64,000 bases of DNA from an uncultured Clostridia bacterium (GTDB lineage: Bacteria > Bacillota > Clostridia > TANB77 > CAG-508): NCBI GenBank assembly GCA_944386325.1, contig CALXAP010000001.1, positions 38,610 through 102,609 of the forward strand, written 5' to 3'. Both the position numbers and the translations under genes were made by a program. The notes below the pieces were generated by a model. It searched no databases and was not told the DNA's origin. It worked only from the letters and a program-made list of their open reading frames with translations. The first letter of the stretch is position 1. The number at the start of each line of letters is the position of its first letter. This document shows positions 29,271 through 39,491 of the stretch, one piece after another.

Positions 29271-29501
29271 ATGCCAAGAAATACACGAGCATATGTAATG
29301 TTAAAAAGTGGAGAAAAGATTTTAGTTAAAGAGAGTTTTGAAGAACTTTATAATATTTTTGAAACTCGAAAACAAAACTTGATTGTTCATAGTAAAAAGG
29401 ATGATAAAGTATTAGTGTTTGAAAGAAGACAAGTGGAACTTTTTAAATATGAGGTATTTATTACCTCATATTTTTTAAAGATATATTACCATATATTGTA
29501 A
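29271..29501 (+). CDS. hypothetical small protein (76 aa)
   Basis: RBS AAGGAGTGAG upstream of ATG 29271. No recognisable domain. Confidence 0.4.
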   Translation: MPRNTRAYVMLKSGEKILVKESFEELYNIFETRKQNLIVHSKKDDKVLVFERRQVELFKYEVFITSYFLKIYYHIL

Positions 29502-29578
29502 AATATAAAAATATATGCTAATATATTAAATGTAATTAAAAATGGTAAAGTTAGTAAATTAAAACGGAGGTAAGGAAT

Positions 29579-30676
29579 TTGATTATTGATATGGGCTATT
29601 TAAGTAAAGTGTTTAAAAGAATAATTTTATTATTACTTAGTATACTCTTACTTTTTTTAGTTGTTAAATTGTCTATATTCTATATGCCATTTTTAATAGC
29701 TTTTATAATAGCAAGTTTAATAGAACCTATAATAAGGTTTGTAAAAAAATATACAAAACTACAAAGAAAAACATCAGCAATAATAGTATTAATAACAGTG
29801 TCTACTATCATAATAGGAATAATTGCGTGGGGGATAACTGTTTTAATATCAGAATCGTCGGAATTGTTGCAATCATTAAACATATATACAGATAAAATAT
29901 ATAATTTATTTCAATCTTTTATAGGAAATATAAATTTTGAAAGATTTAATATACCACCAGAAGTTACACAATTATTACAAAACTCAACAAGCGATGTGCT
30001 TTCTGTTGTATCAAATGGTTTAAAAGGAATTTTAAATTCGATAATACAAGTAATAACATCATTACCAACAATAGGAATATATGTAGTTGTAACATTACTT
30101 GCAACATATTTTATATGTGCAGATAGATTATATATATTAGATCAAATAGAACACCATTTTCCTAAAAAATGGGTAAAAAAATTAACACTTCATTTAAAAA
30201 GACTGTTATCGAGCTTAGGAAATTATTTAAAAGCAGAGGCAATACTTGCAATTATAGCATTTTTTCAGATATTAATAGGTTTATATATACTTCAGAAAAT
30301 GGGAATGAATGTACAATATCCTTTACTTGTAGCAATAGGAATTGGTTTTGTTGATGCACTCCCAATATTAGGTTCAGGTACAATTTTGGTACCATGGGCA
30401 TTTATATCAGCTATTAATGGTGATATAAGATTAGCAATAGGATTATTAATAATTTTTGCCATATTATCTGTTGTCAGACAATTCTTAGAACCTAAAATAG
30501 TTAGCAAAAAAATAGGAATACATCCTATCTTTACATTAATTGCAATGTATACAGGATTTAAAGTAATAGGAATATTGGGTTTATTAATTGGACCAATTGC
30601 AATGATTATAATAAAAAATTTATATGGAACTTTAATTGATAAAGGTGTTGTAAAAAGTATTTTCGAAAGAAAGTAA
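29579..30676 (+). CDS. AI-2E family transporter (YtvI/PerM-like sporulation integral membrane protein)
   Basis: 365 aa with 7-8 TM helices and the AI-2E/UPF0118 motif pattern. TTG start with GGAGG RBS. Confidence 0.65.
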   Translation: MIIDMGYLSKVFKRIILLLLSILLLFLVVKLSIFYMPFLIAFIIASLIEPIIRFVKKYTKLQRKTSAIIVLITVSTIIIGIIAWGITVLISESSELLQSLNIYTDKIYNLFQSFIGNINFERFNIPPEVTQLLQNSTSDVLSVVSNGLKGILNSIIQVITSLPTIGIYVVVTLLATYFICADRLYILDQIEHHFPKKWVKKLTLHLKRLLSSLGNYLKAEAILAIIAFFQILIGLYILQKMGMNVQYPLLVAIGIGFVDALPILGSGTILVPWAFISAINGDIRLAIGLLIIFAILSVVRQFLEPKIVSKKIGIHPIFTLIAMYTGFKVIGILGLLIGPIAMIIIKNLYGTLIDKGVVKSIFERK

Positions 30677-30736
30677 TATCTAGAAAATTAATGTTACAGC
30701 TTAATAAAAGTAATATAAAAAAATTAAATATAACTT

Positions 30737-30823
30737 TTTATTTGTAACTCCCAGCATCGCACAGTCTGTAAAACAGACTGTAAGCTTGCTGGTCCCCACG
30801 AATTGTTACTTCATAAAAAGTAT
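30737..30823. repeat. structured intergenic repeat element, copy 2 (compact form)
   Basis: 87 nt, near-identical to 7707-7822 minus the 31-nt loop insertion. Followed by a T-run, so it is positioned as a terminator for the ytvI-like gene. Confidence 0.6.
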
Positions 30824-30868
30824 ATTTAATTTTTTTAATTATAGGAAATCTCTTTTTTTACCACAACA

Positions 30869-31429
30869 TTAATTTCTAGATATTAATACAGAAGTAGGAA
30901 CATATGTATCATCAGGAGGATATACAAATTCTGTTTTTGGTTTATCAATATTTTTTATAGATTCAATCTCTATTACAGGTATTTCGCCATGATAATTTCC
31001 TTTTGTTATTTTACCTGTTATTTCAACCCATGTTTTATCTTGAAAGTTTTTTGCTTGAGAATATTTACATAAAAAACCTACAACAAGAGTTTGATTATTT
31101 GAATCTATAATCATATCTCTTGCAAGCACAAATTCTTCACTTGAAAAATCCTGTACACGATAAATATAACCACTAAATTTAATTGATTGACCTATATATG
31201 TATCAATATTTTCATGAACAGCTTTTAATACATTAGTATAATTTTCAGGAGAGATATTTGCAATATGTTCGTTTGGCAAGCAAGTGTCTACATCACTTTT
31301 AGAACTTAAAGCAGAACTAAATATTTTAAATGCAGATATAGAAAAGAATATTATAAGTATAATAACAATAATAAAAAAGATAATTTTGAAAATTTTTGAT
31401 TTATTTAAATTAAAATTATATACAAACAT
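30869..31429 (-). CDS. hypothetical N-terminally anchored extracytoplasmic protein
   Basis: 186 aa with one N-terminal TM. No recognisable motif. Confidence 0.45.
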   Translation of the reverse strand: MFVYNFNLNKSKIFKIIFFIIVIILIIFFSISAFKIFSSALSSKSDVDTCLPNEHIANISPENYTNVLKAVHENIDTYIGQSIKFSGYIYRVQDFSSEEFVLARDMIIDSNNQTLVVGFLCKYSQAKNFQDKTWVEITGKITKGNYHGEIPVIEIESIKNIDKPKTEFVYPPDDTYVPTSVLISRN

Positions 31430-31595
31430 TAAAATCCTCCAATCAAAAAAGTATCGTTTATAAATAATATGAGGAAATTTATATAATATGTATATTTAAT
31501 ATAAATATTAAGTTTTATGTGTAGAACAAATCAGAAAGTATGGTTTTCATATTGCATGAAAAAGCTGTACTAACATATGTTAGTACAGCTAGGAG

Positions 31596-31883
31596 TTAAT
31601 TTATTTTTTTTATTTTTTTTATTCTTTTATCAATGAGTGCAATTGCACTTATGAGAATGAATAACATCATTAATAAAAGAATAACGAAAGCAACAGCCAT
31701 AAACATATGTATACTATTTACGACTGTAAAGGTCTCTAAAATATTTGGGAGACCTAATAGCTCAAACAAGATCTTATTTGTTAATAAAAACAAACATGAA
31801 AGTAAGATCAAGCAAATAATTGTATATGCATACATATACAATTTGTATTTCCGGATAGTACGTTGTTTCTGATTGTTTCTCAT
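31596..31883 (-). CDS. hypothetical small membrane protein (2 TM)
   Basis: Start MRNNQKQ with RBS AGGAGG 8 nt upstream. Two hydrophobic helices. Confidence 0.45.
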   Translation of the reverse strand: MRNNQKQRTIRKYKLYMYAYTIICLILLSCLFLLTNKILFELLGLPNILETFTVVNSIHMFMAVAFVILLLMMLFILISAIALIDKRIKKIKKIN

Positions 31884-31903
31884 TTTTTTTGCCTCCTTTA
31901 AAT

Positions 31904-32176
31904 TTAAAAACACTTAAAATAGAGTTTGTAAATTTCTCTAATAACTCCAATTAAAATAATTGAAGCAATTAAAGAAAATACAAATAAACAATTTGAAACT
32001 ATAGTATTTACCTCTAAAATATTAATACTATATGGCTGAAAACTATATCCTAAAATATTTGCTATATAGCAAAATATAATAGGCAAAAAAATAAATACTA
32101 ATAATAAAAAATAAAAGAACAACCAGAAATCAATAAACTGCTGAGGTACTAATTTCCGAATAATTTTGCTATACAT
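31904..32176 (-). CDS. hypothetical small membrane protein (3 TM)
   Basis: Start MYSKII with RBS AGGAG 9 nt upstream. The track's TTG start lies in the RBS. Confidence 0.45.
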   Translation of the reverse strand: MYSKIIRKLVPQQFIDFWLFFYFLLLVFIFLPIIFCYIANILGYSFQPYSINILEVNTIVSNCLFVFSLIASIILIGVIREIYKLYFKCF

Positions 32177-32267
32177 GATGAACAACTCCTTTAAAAAATA
32201 TTATGTAAATATTATACTATTTTTTTATAATAAAATCAAGAATTACATAAAAAGAAGTTGACATTTG

Positions 32268-32534
32268 TCAACTTCTTTCTTCGATTTTTTGCTTGATAGA
32301 TATTAATTTATGGTGATAAATTAATATCAAACCAAAAATAGGAATGCTTAAGCAAAATTCTATAGGAAGTATAGAACTGCTTAAAAATTGATGAAAATAA
32401 TTGATTCCACCATCAATGAAAAGAGCACCGTTACAAACAATGGTCATTATTGCGGTAAAACCGCTCATGACTAAAAGTGGAATCGTTACCAAAATTCTAT
32501 TATTTATTCTTTCGACTGTTTTCGAGGATTTCAT
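32268..32534 (-). CDS. hypothetical small membrane protein (2 TM)
   Basis: RBS AAAGGAG. 88 aa. Confidence 0.45.
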   Translation of the reverse strand: MKSSKTVERINNRILVTIPLLVMSGFTAIMTIVCNGALFIDGGINYFHQFLSSSILPIEFCLSIPIFGLILIYHHKLISIKQKIEERS

Positions 32535-32636
32535 TTGAAATCGCTCCTTTCATAAAAATATATAATTAACATAATTATAACACTATTATAGAAAAATATC
32601 AAATTTTGATTTTTCTGCAAAATTGAGTAAAAAATA

Positions 32637-32668
32637 TTGACAAATACTCATCATAATATATAATTAGT
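32637..32668 (+). promoter_or_regulatory. sigma-A-type promoter TTGACA-N17-ATAAT upstream of glgP-pyk
   Basis: TTGACAaatactcatcataatatATAATT read directly from the sequence. Confidence 0.4.
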
Positions 32669-32716
32669 ATGTTAAACGTGAAGATAAAAAGGTTAATATA
32701 CAGAGGAGGAAAATTT

Positions 32717-35284
32717 ATGTATGTATTTAACAGAATAACTGTTAATCCACAATTACCAAAAAGGATAAATAGGTTAGATGAAATATCAAATAATTTATGG
32801 TGGTCTTGGAATACAGACTTTTTGGAATTATTTAAACAAATAGACAAAAATTTATGGTATGAAGTTGGTAGAAATCCTGTAAAATTTTTAAAATTGGTTA
32901 GTCAAGAAAGATTAGAAGAATTAGCAGAAGATGCAGATTTTTTAAAGAAATATGATAAAAGTGTTTCAGATTTCGATAATTATATGCATAGTACTAATAC
33001 ATGGTATGATAATAAATATCCAAATACAAGAGATAAAAATCTAATAGCATATTTTTCTGCTGAATATGGATTAGATGAGATAATACCAATATATTCAGGA
33101 GGTCTTGGAATACTTTCAGGTGATCATTTAAAATCTGCAAGTGACCTAGGTATTCCTCTTGTTGGTGTTGGATTGCTATATAAAAATGGATATTTTGATC
33201 AAAAGATTAATGAATATGGAATACAAAAATCTGATTATCAAAACTTAGATATAACTAATTTACCAATTACACCTGTTCATAATGAGAAAGGTGAAGATTT
33301 ATTAGTTTCAGTTAAGTTTTATGGTGAGGAAGTATTTGTTAAAGTATGGCAAATAAATGTTGGAAGAGTTAAATTATATTTAATGGATTCTGATATACCT
33401 AAAAATAGAAAAGAATATAGAGAAACAACTTTAAAATTATATGGTGGAGATAAAGAAACAAGAATAAGACAAGAAATTATTTTAGGAATAGGTGGAGCAA
33501 GACTATTAAGTAAATTAAATTTAAAGCCAACTATATATCACATGAACGAGGGACATTCATCATTTTTGACTTTGGAATTAATGAGAAAAACAATGGAAGA
33601 TAGACAAGTATCTTTTAATATAGCAAGAGATATTGTTTCAGCAAAAACTGTATTTACAACACATACTCCAGTTCCTGCGGGAAATGATATTTTTGATATA
33701 CAATTAATAGATAAATATTTTGGAGAATTTTGGGGTAAATTAGGTATTCCAAGGGATAGATTTTTAAGATTAGGAATGAAATGTAGAGAAGGATTAGAAC
33801 CTGGATTTAATATGGGAATACTTGCATTAAAAATTTCTGGAAAGAAAAATGGTGTTAGTAAGTTACATTGTGAGGTATCTAAAGAATTATTTGGTGAGAT
33901 ATGGTCAAATATAGCTACGAAAGAGGCACCTATTACATATGTTACAAATGGAGTTCATACTTGTTCATGGTTAGCACCAAATATAAAGAGATTATATAAT
34001 AAATATTTAGTTCCTTATTGGCAAGATAATATACAATTAGAATCTACTTGGAAAAATATAAAAAGTATTCCAGATGAAGAGTTATGGGAGGCACATAACG
34101 AGAGAAAAGTAAAGCTAATGGAATTAGTTAAGCAAAATGAAATAAGCAGATTAAAAAATACAGGAATAAGCTATGAAACATTAAAAGAAATAGTTTCAAA
34201 TTTTAATCCAGATGCATTAACTATTGGATTTGCAAGAAGATTTGCCACATATAAAAGAGCAAATTTGATATTTAAAAACATAGAAAGAATAACAGAAATA
34301 TGTAATGATAAGGACAAACCAGTTCAATTTGTATTTGCAGGTAAGGCGCATCCTGCAGATAAAGAAGGACAAGATCTAATTAAATATATACATGAGATTT
34401 CAATGGTTCCTCAATTCAAAGGAAAAATATTTATACTAGAAAACTATAATATAGAAATGGCAAGATATTTGGTAAGTGGTGTAGATGTATGGCTTAATAA
34501 TCCAAGACGACCAATGGAGGCATCTGGTACTAGTGGACAAAAAGCATCAATAAATGGTGTAGTTAATTTCAGTATTTTAGATGGTTGGTGGGCAGAAGGA
34601 TATAATGGAAAAAATGGATGGGCTATAGGCTCAAATAAAGAATATTCTTCATATGAAGAACAAGATATAGCTGATAGTAATAGTATATATGATATATTAG
34701 AAAATGAAATAATTCCAGCATATTATAATAGAGATGATAAAGGTTTACCAAGAGAATGGATAAGATATATGAAAAGCTCTATAGAATCTAATGCAGGAAG
34801 ATTTAGTACAGCAAGAATGCTTGTTGATTATATGGAAAAATTATATATGCCTTTATATGACTTATCAACTAAATATTTTTCAAATTTAGATACAATTTCA
34901 GATTTTAATCAATGGAAAAGAGATTTAAAATTAAATTGGAACGATATTGAAATTACACAGTTTGATAATGTAAATAATAAAAAATTAGATGCTGGAAACA
35001 CAATTGAAGTAAATTGCCAAGTTAAATTGCCTAATATATCAGTAGAAAGTATAGAAGTTGAAGCATATTTTGGAAAAATTATGGATAATGGTACTTTAGA
35101 TGAAGTAAAAATTATACCGATGAAACTTATAAAATCAGATGAAAATGAAAAAAGATATACATATAAAGCAAAGATAGAGTTGACAACAGGTGGTGAATAC
35201 GGGTATACTTTTAGAGTAGTTCCTAAACATTATATGTTATTAGACCAACAAAATTTGAATTTAGTAAAATGGATAACTAAATAA
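32717..35284 (+). CDS. glgP: alpha-glucan (glycogen/maltodextrin) phosphorylase, GT35 family with N-terminal DUF3417-type extension
   Basis: About 855 aa with GT35 motifs (EASGTSGQK pyridoxal-phosphate region, NMGILALK). RBS AGGAGG. Confidence 0.85.
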   Translation: MYVFNRITVNPQLPKRINRLDEISNNLWWSWNTDFLELFKQIDKNLWYEVGRNPVKFLKLVSQERLEELAEDADFLKKYDKSVSDFDNYMHSTNTWYDNKYPNTRDKNLIAYFSAEYGLDEIIPIYSGGLGILSGDHLKSASDLGIPLVGVGLLYKNGYFDQKINEYGIQKSDYQNLDITNLPITPVHNEKGEDLLVSVKFYGEEVFVKVWQINVGRVKLYLMDSDIPKNRKEYRETTLKLYGGDKETRIRQEIILGIGGARLLSKLNLKPTIYHMNEGHSSFLTLELMRKTMEDRQVSFNIARDIVSAKTVFTTHTPVPAGNDIFDIQLIDKYFGEFWGKLGIPRDRFLRLGMKCREGLEPGFNMGILALKISGKKNGVSKLHCEVSKELFGEIWSNIATKEAPITYVTNGVHTCSWLAPNIKRLYNKYLVPYWQDNIQLESTWKNIKSIPDEELWEAHNERKVKLMELVKQNEISRLKNTGISYETLKEIVSNFNPDALTIGFARRFATYKRANLIFKNIERITEICNDKDKPVQFVFAGKAHPADKEGQDLIKYIHEISMVPQFKGKIFILENYNIEMARYLVSGVDVWLNNPRRPMEASGTSGQKASINGVVNFSILDGWWAEGYNGKNGWAIGSNKEYSSYEEQDIADSNSIYDILENEIIPAYYNRDDKGLPREWIRYMKSSIESNAGRFSTARMLVDYMEKLYMPLYDLSTKYFSNLDTISDFNQWKRDLKLNWNDIEITQFDNVNNKKLDAGNTIEVNCQVKLPNISVESIEVEAYFGKIMDNGTLDEVKIIPMKLIKSDENEKRYTYKAKIELTTGGEYGYTFRVVPKHYMLLDQQNLNLVKWITK

Positions 35285-35309
35285 TATTTAAAAGGAGAGA
35301 TTGATTAGT

Positions 35310-36740
35310 ATGAGAAAAACAAAAATTATATGTACAATAGGTCCAGCAAGTGACAATGAGGAAACTTTAAGAAAATTAATGCTTGCAGGTATGAATGTTG
35401 CAAGAATTAACTTTTCACATGGAAATTATGAAGAACAAGAGCCAAAAATCGAACTAATTAAAAAACTAAGAAAAGAATTAAATTTACCAATAGCTCTTTT
35501 ATTAGATACAAAAGGTCCAGAAGTAAGAATTGGCAAATTTAAAGAAGGTAAAGTTTTCTTAGAAGAAGGCGATGTATTTGCATTAACACCAGAAGAAATA
35601 TTAGGAACTAAAGAAGAATTTACAGTAAGTTATAAAAATTTAGCTAATGAAGTAAAAATCGGTGATAAAATTTTAATTGATGATGGTCTAGTAGGAACAG
35701 AAGTTATTGAAATAAAAGATAATAAAGTATATTGCAAAGTATTAAATGGTGGTCCAATTAGCAATAGAAAAAGTGCTAATATACCAGGTGTAAGTTTAAA
35801 TTTACCTGTTATGACTGAAAAAGATAAAGATGATTTAATAAAAGGTGCACAAGCAGGATTTGATTTTATAGCAGCATCTTTTGTTAGAAAAGCTCAAGAT
35901 GTATTAGATATTCGTAAATTATTATCAGAACATGGTGGAGAAAAAATAAGAATAATCTCTAAAATAGAAAATAGAGAAGGTGTAGATAATTTCGATGAAA
36001 TATTAAAAGTTTCAGATGGTATAATGGTTGCTAGAGGAGACTTAAGTGTAGAAATACCAATGGAAGAAGTTCCAATTATTCAAAAAGAATTTATAAAGAA
36101 AACATATAGAGAAGGAAAAATAGTAGTAACAGCTACACAAATGTTAGATTCTATGATTGGAAATCCAAGACCAACAAGAGCAGAAGTTAGTGATGTTTCA
36201 AATGCTATATTTGATTTATCTAGTGGAATTATGCTTTCAGGAGAAAGTGCAAATGGAAAATATCCAGTGGAATGTGTTGAAATGATGAATAAAATTGCTG
36301 TTACAACAGAAGAGTCAATAAATTATTGGCACAGATTTAAACAAAGAGATTATGATTTAGAAAATAGAGAATTTAGATTTAATATATATAATGGTGTATG
36401 TGTAAGTGCAATGAATTTAAAAGCAAAAGCAATTGTTACATATACAGAATCTGGTTCAACACCAAGAATAGTATCTTCATATACTCCAAAATGCCCAATA
36501 TTTGCAATTACAGATAATGAAAGAGTATGGAGACAATTAAATTTACAATGGAATGTATACCCAATATTAGTAGAATCAAATAAAAATGTTGATACAATGA
36601 TACATAGAGGAATAGATATATTAAAAGAAGAAGGAAAACTTGTAAAAGATGATTTAATTATAATTGCTGGTGGAGCAGAAATAATACCTGAAATAGATAG
36701 CGATATAAATAAAATCATTGGTGGAATTGTAAAAATATAA
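35310..36740 (+). CDS. pyk: pyruvate kinase
   Basis: 476 aa. N-terminus MRKTKIICTIGPAS, followed by the conserved K+/Mg2+ site motifs. No PEP-utilizer extension. Confidence 0.85.
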   Translation: MRKTKIICTIGPASDNEETLRKLMLAGMNVARINFSHGNYEEQEPKIELIKKLRKELNLPIALLLDTKGPEVRIGKFKEGKVFLEEGDVFALTPEEILGTKEEFTVSYKNLANEVKIGDKILIDDGLVGTEVIEIKDNKVYCKVLNGGPISNRKSANIPGVSLNLPVMTEKDKDDLIKGAQAGFDFIAASFVRKAQDVLDIRKLLSEHGGEKIRIISKIENREGVDNFDEILKVSDGIMVARGDLSVEIPMEEVPIIQKEFIKKTYREGKIVVTATQMLDSMIGNPRPTRAEVSDVSNAIFDLSSGIMLSGESANGKYPVECVEMMNKIAVTTEESINYWHRFKQRDYDLENREFRFNIYNGVCVSAMNLKAKAIVTYTESGSTPRIVSSYTPKCPIFAITDNERVWRQLNLQWNVYPILVESNKNVDTMIHRGIDILKEEGKLVKDDLIIIAGGAEIIPEIDSDINKIIGGIVKI

Positions 36741-36967
36741 TTTGATAGAAAAGCTAGTTAGTATGAAAATATTAATTAGCTTTTTACATTATATAGTTGT
36801 TTTAATATAAAAATCGCTATATTATAAAACTTGCATTACTGATAAATAGTCTTGAGATTTGCTTATATATTTTTTTTATAGTATAATTATTGTAGTGTTT
36901 TTTAAACAACTCCTTTTTACAGTATATATTCATGCATATTATTAAAAAAATTTTTGGAGGGATTTTA

Positions 36968-37642
36968 ATGATAGACTCATCTAGTAATACTACTAAAAAA
37001 AATGAAAAGTTTCGGCTTATAGAAGTAAGTAATTGGACTTTAGAAGAACCTTTTTTAAAACGAAAGGTTGAAAATGAAAAACAGGAAGAATTTTTGAATT
37101 TTATTAAACAAATAATAAAAGATGGAAAAAATAAAGATTTTATTTGTCCAGTTATGGATCCTTCATTGGATGAAAAAAATAATATAGTTTATGTGCCTAA
37201 AAAAGAGCCTGCTACTAGTAAGTCGGCAAAGTGGTGGAATGAAAAATTCGAGAAATTTTCTGAACAGTATGAAAGTAGAATGGGAACAATTTATGAGTAT
37301 GCTCTACTACAAGCAAAAAGGCTTGAAAAAAAAGAAGCAACTCTAAAAGAATTAGTTGATGATTCAAAAAAATTGGGAAATTATTGGGATAGTTTCAAAA
37401 GTCGTCATAGACTAGAAATGACAGCAAGCAATCCTGTAGGAGATTTCTATGATTTAGCTAATTTAAGTAAAATTGTTCAAGATCCAGATAAGATTTTTTC
37501 AACTGATAGATTTGTATTAATGGGTGGATCTTTCTATTGTTTTGGTAGAGAAAATCCTATTATGAAAGCAAGTGAAATTACAAGCCCATCAATTGGTTAT
37601 TTGATGGGAATTGGTTGGATGACTTTACGTAAAACTAAATAA
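36968..37642 (+). CDS. hypothetical protein (224 aa)
   Basis: RBS GGAGGG. C-terminal FVLMGGSFYCFG segment vaguely FGE-sulfatase-like (weak). One CGG codon. Confidence 0.45.
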   Translation: MIDSSSNTTKKNEKFRLIEVSNWTLEEPFLKRKVENEKQEEFLNFIKQIIKDGKNKDFICPVMDPSLDEKNNIVYVPKKEPATSKSAKWWNEKFEKFSEQYESRMGTIYEYALLQAKRLEKKEATLKELVDDSKKLGNYWDSFKSRHRLEMTASNPVGDFYDLANLSKIVQDPDKIFSTDRFVLMGGSFYCFGRENPIMKASEITSPSIGYLMGIGWMTLRKTK

Positions 37643-37799
37643 GATTATATAGGGGGGTTTTTCCTCCCTGTTTTCGTTGTGCGATTTTCAGTCGCAAATG
37701 AATGGCTAATCAAAATCTATAAATCATAATTAAATAAAACAAAATATCTTTGCATATATTGCATTATGCTGATATAATAATGGTGTTTGAGAGGTAAAT

Positions 37800-38633
37800 A
37801 TGAATATAAAAGAATGTTTAGAATGGGGTTATGATAAATTAAAAAATTTTGATAACTATAGAAATATCTGTATATATATATTAGCAGAGATTTTAAATAA
37901 AGATAATGTATATATAAAAGTTCATTATTTAGATGAAGTAGAGGAAGAAAATTTCAAGAGATTTATACAAAGTATACAAAGTTTTTTAAATGGAAAACCA
38001 ATACAATATATTAATAACAAAGCATATTTTATGGGATTAGAATTTTATGTAGATGAAAATGTTTTAATTCCAAGATGTGATACTGAAATACTTGTAGAAG
38101 AAGTTATAAACATAATTAAAAAAAATAACATAGTAAAAGTATTAGATTTATGTACTGGAAGTGGCGCAATAGCAATTTCTCTGAAAAAATATATGAAGGA
38201 TATTGTAGTGACTGCTAGTGATATTAGTAATAATGCACTTAGTGTGGCAAAAAAAAATGCCAAGAAAATTGGAGTAGATATAAAATTTATAGAGTCAGAT
38301 TTGTTTAATAATATTAATGAAAAATTTGATTTAATAGTTTCTAATCCTCCATATATAAAAAAAGATGTTATTCCAGAATTAGATATACAAGTAAGAAATG
38401 AACCAATAATAGCTTTAGATGGAGGAGAAGATGGGTTAAAGTTTTATAAAACAATTATAAAGGATTCAAAAAAATTTTTAAATAAAAATGGATTTTTATG
38501 TTTTGAAATTGGTTTTGATCAAAAAAAAGATGTAACGGATATATTAATGCAAAATGGATATATAAATGTTTATAGCAAAAAAGATTATGGAAATAATGAT
38601 AGAATAATTGTTTGTAATTATAATGGAGGATAA
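37800..38633 (+). CDS. prmC: release factor glutamine N5-methyltransferase PrmC (HemK)
   Basis: SAM motif LDLCTGSGAIA and catalytic NPPY (VSNPPYI). Confidence 0.8.
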   Translation: MNIKECLEWGYDKLKNFDNYRNICIYILAEILNKDNVYIKVHYLDEVEEENFKRFIQSIQSFLNGKPIQYINNKAYFMGLEFYVDENVLIPRCDTEILVEEVINIIKKNNIVKVLDLCTGSGAIAISLKKYMKDIVVTASDISNNALSVAKKNAKKIGVDIKFIESDLFNNINEKFDLIVSNPPYIKKDVIPELDIQVRNEPIIALDGGEDGLKFYKTIIKDSKKFLNKNGFLCFEIGFDQKKDVTDILMQNGYINVYSKKDYGNNDRIIVCNYNGG

Positions 38634-38636
38634 TAT

Positions 38637-39491
38637 ATGTCTTTTTCAGAAGATGTAAAAAAAGAATTGAGTCAAATGAATAATTATGTAAAAAAAGAAG
38701 AACTTAAGGCTGAACTTTATGGATATATTTTAACTAATAATGTAAGTGATGAAAATACGAATTTAAAATTTACAACTAAAAATGAAGATAATATATATAG
38801 ATACAATAAGATTCTAAACAATTTAAATATAAAATATAAAACAGATATACGTGGGAAAATGTATATTACAATAATTACAGATGTTATAAATTTGAATATT
38901 GAAAAAAGCAAAGATATAAATATTTTAGGAGCGATTATAAGAGGATGTTTTATGGGAGGAGGCTCAATAAATAATCCTGATAAAGAAAATCATTTAGAGA
39001 TATTATTGAAAAATGAAAATAGTATTAATGAAATATCAGAAATATTGAGTATTTTTAATATAAATATAAAACTTATTATTAGAAATGGTAAATATGCTGT
39101 ATATATTAAAGATGGAGATATGATATCTAGATTTTTAGCATTAATAGGAGCTAAAAAATCAGTTTTGGATTTCGAAGAAATAAGAGTTATGAAAGAAATG
39201 AAAAATTCTGTTAATAGATTAGTTAATTGTGAAACAGCAAATTTAAATAAAGTTATAAATGTCTCTGTATTACAGATTAATGATATAAAGTACATAATAA
39301 GTAAAAATAAATTTAATTTATTACCTAAGAATTTGCAAGAAATTGCTTTAATAAGATTAAAAAATGAACATAGTACATTAACTGAAATAGGAAAAATGCT
39401 TGAAAATCCTATAGGAAAATCTGGTGTAAATTATAGATTTAAAAAAATATCAGAGTTTGCTGAAAAATTAAGAGAGGAAGAAGAAAAATGA
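38637..39491 (+). CDS. whiA: DNA-binding sporulation/cell-division regulator WhiA
   Basis: N-terminus MSFSEDVKKELSQ matches the WhiA family. Degenerate LAGLIDADG-like N-domain and C-terminal HTH. Confidence 0.8.
   Translation: MSFSEDVKKELSQMNNYVKKEELKAELYGYILTNNVSDENTNLKFTTKNEDNIYRYNKILNNLNIKYKTDIRGKMYITIITDVINLNIEKSKDINILGAIIRGCFMGGGSINNPDKENHLEILLKNENSINEISEILSIFNINIKLIIRNGKYAVYIKDGDMISRFLALIGAKKSVLDFEEIRVMKEMKNSVNRLVNCETANLNKVINVSVLQINDIKYIISKNKFNLLPKNLQEIALIRLKNEHSTLTEIGKMLENPIGKSGVNYRFKKISEFAEKLREEEEK

Noticed and set aside
36350-36718. 122-aa minus-strand ORF
   Set aside because: Antisense to pyruvate kinase.
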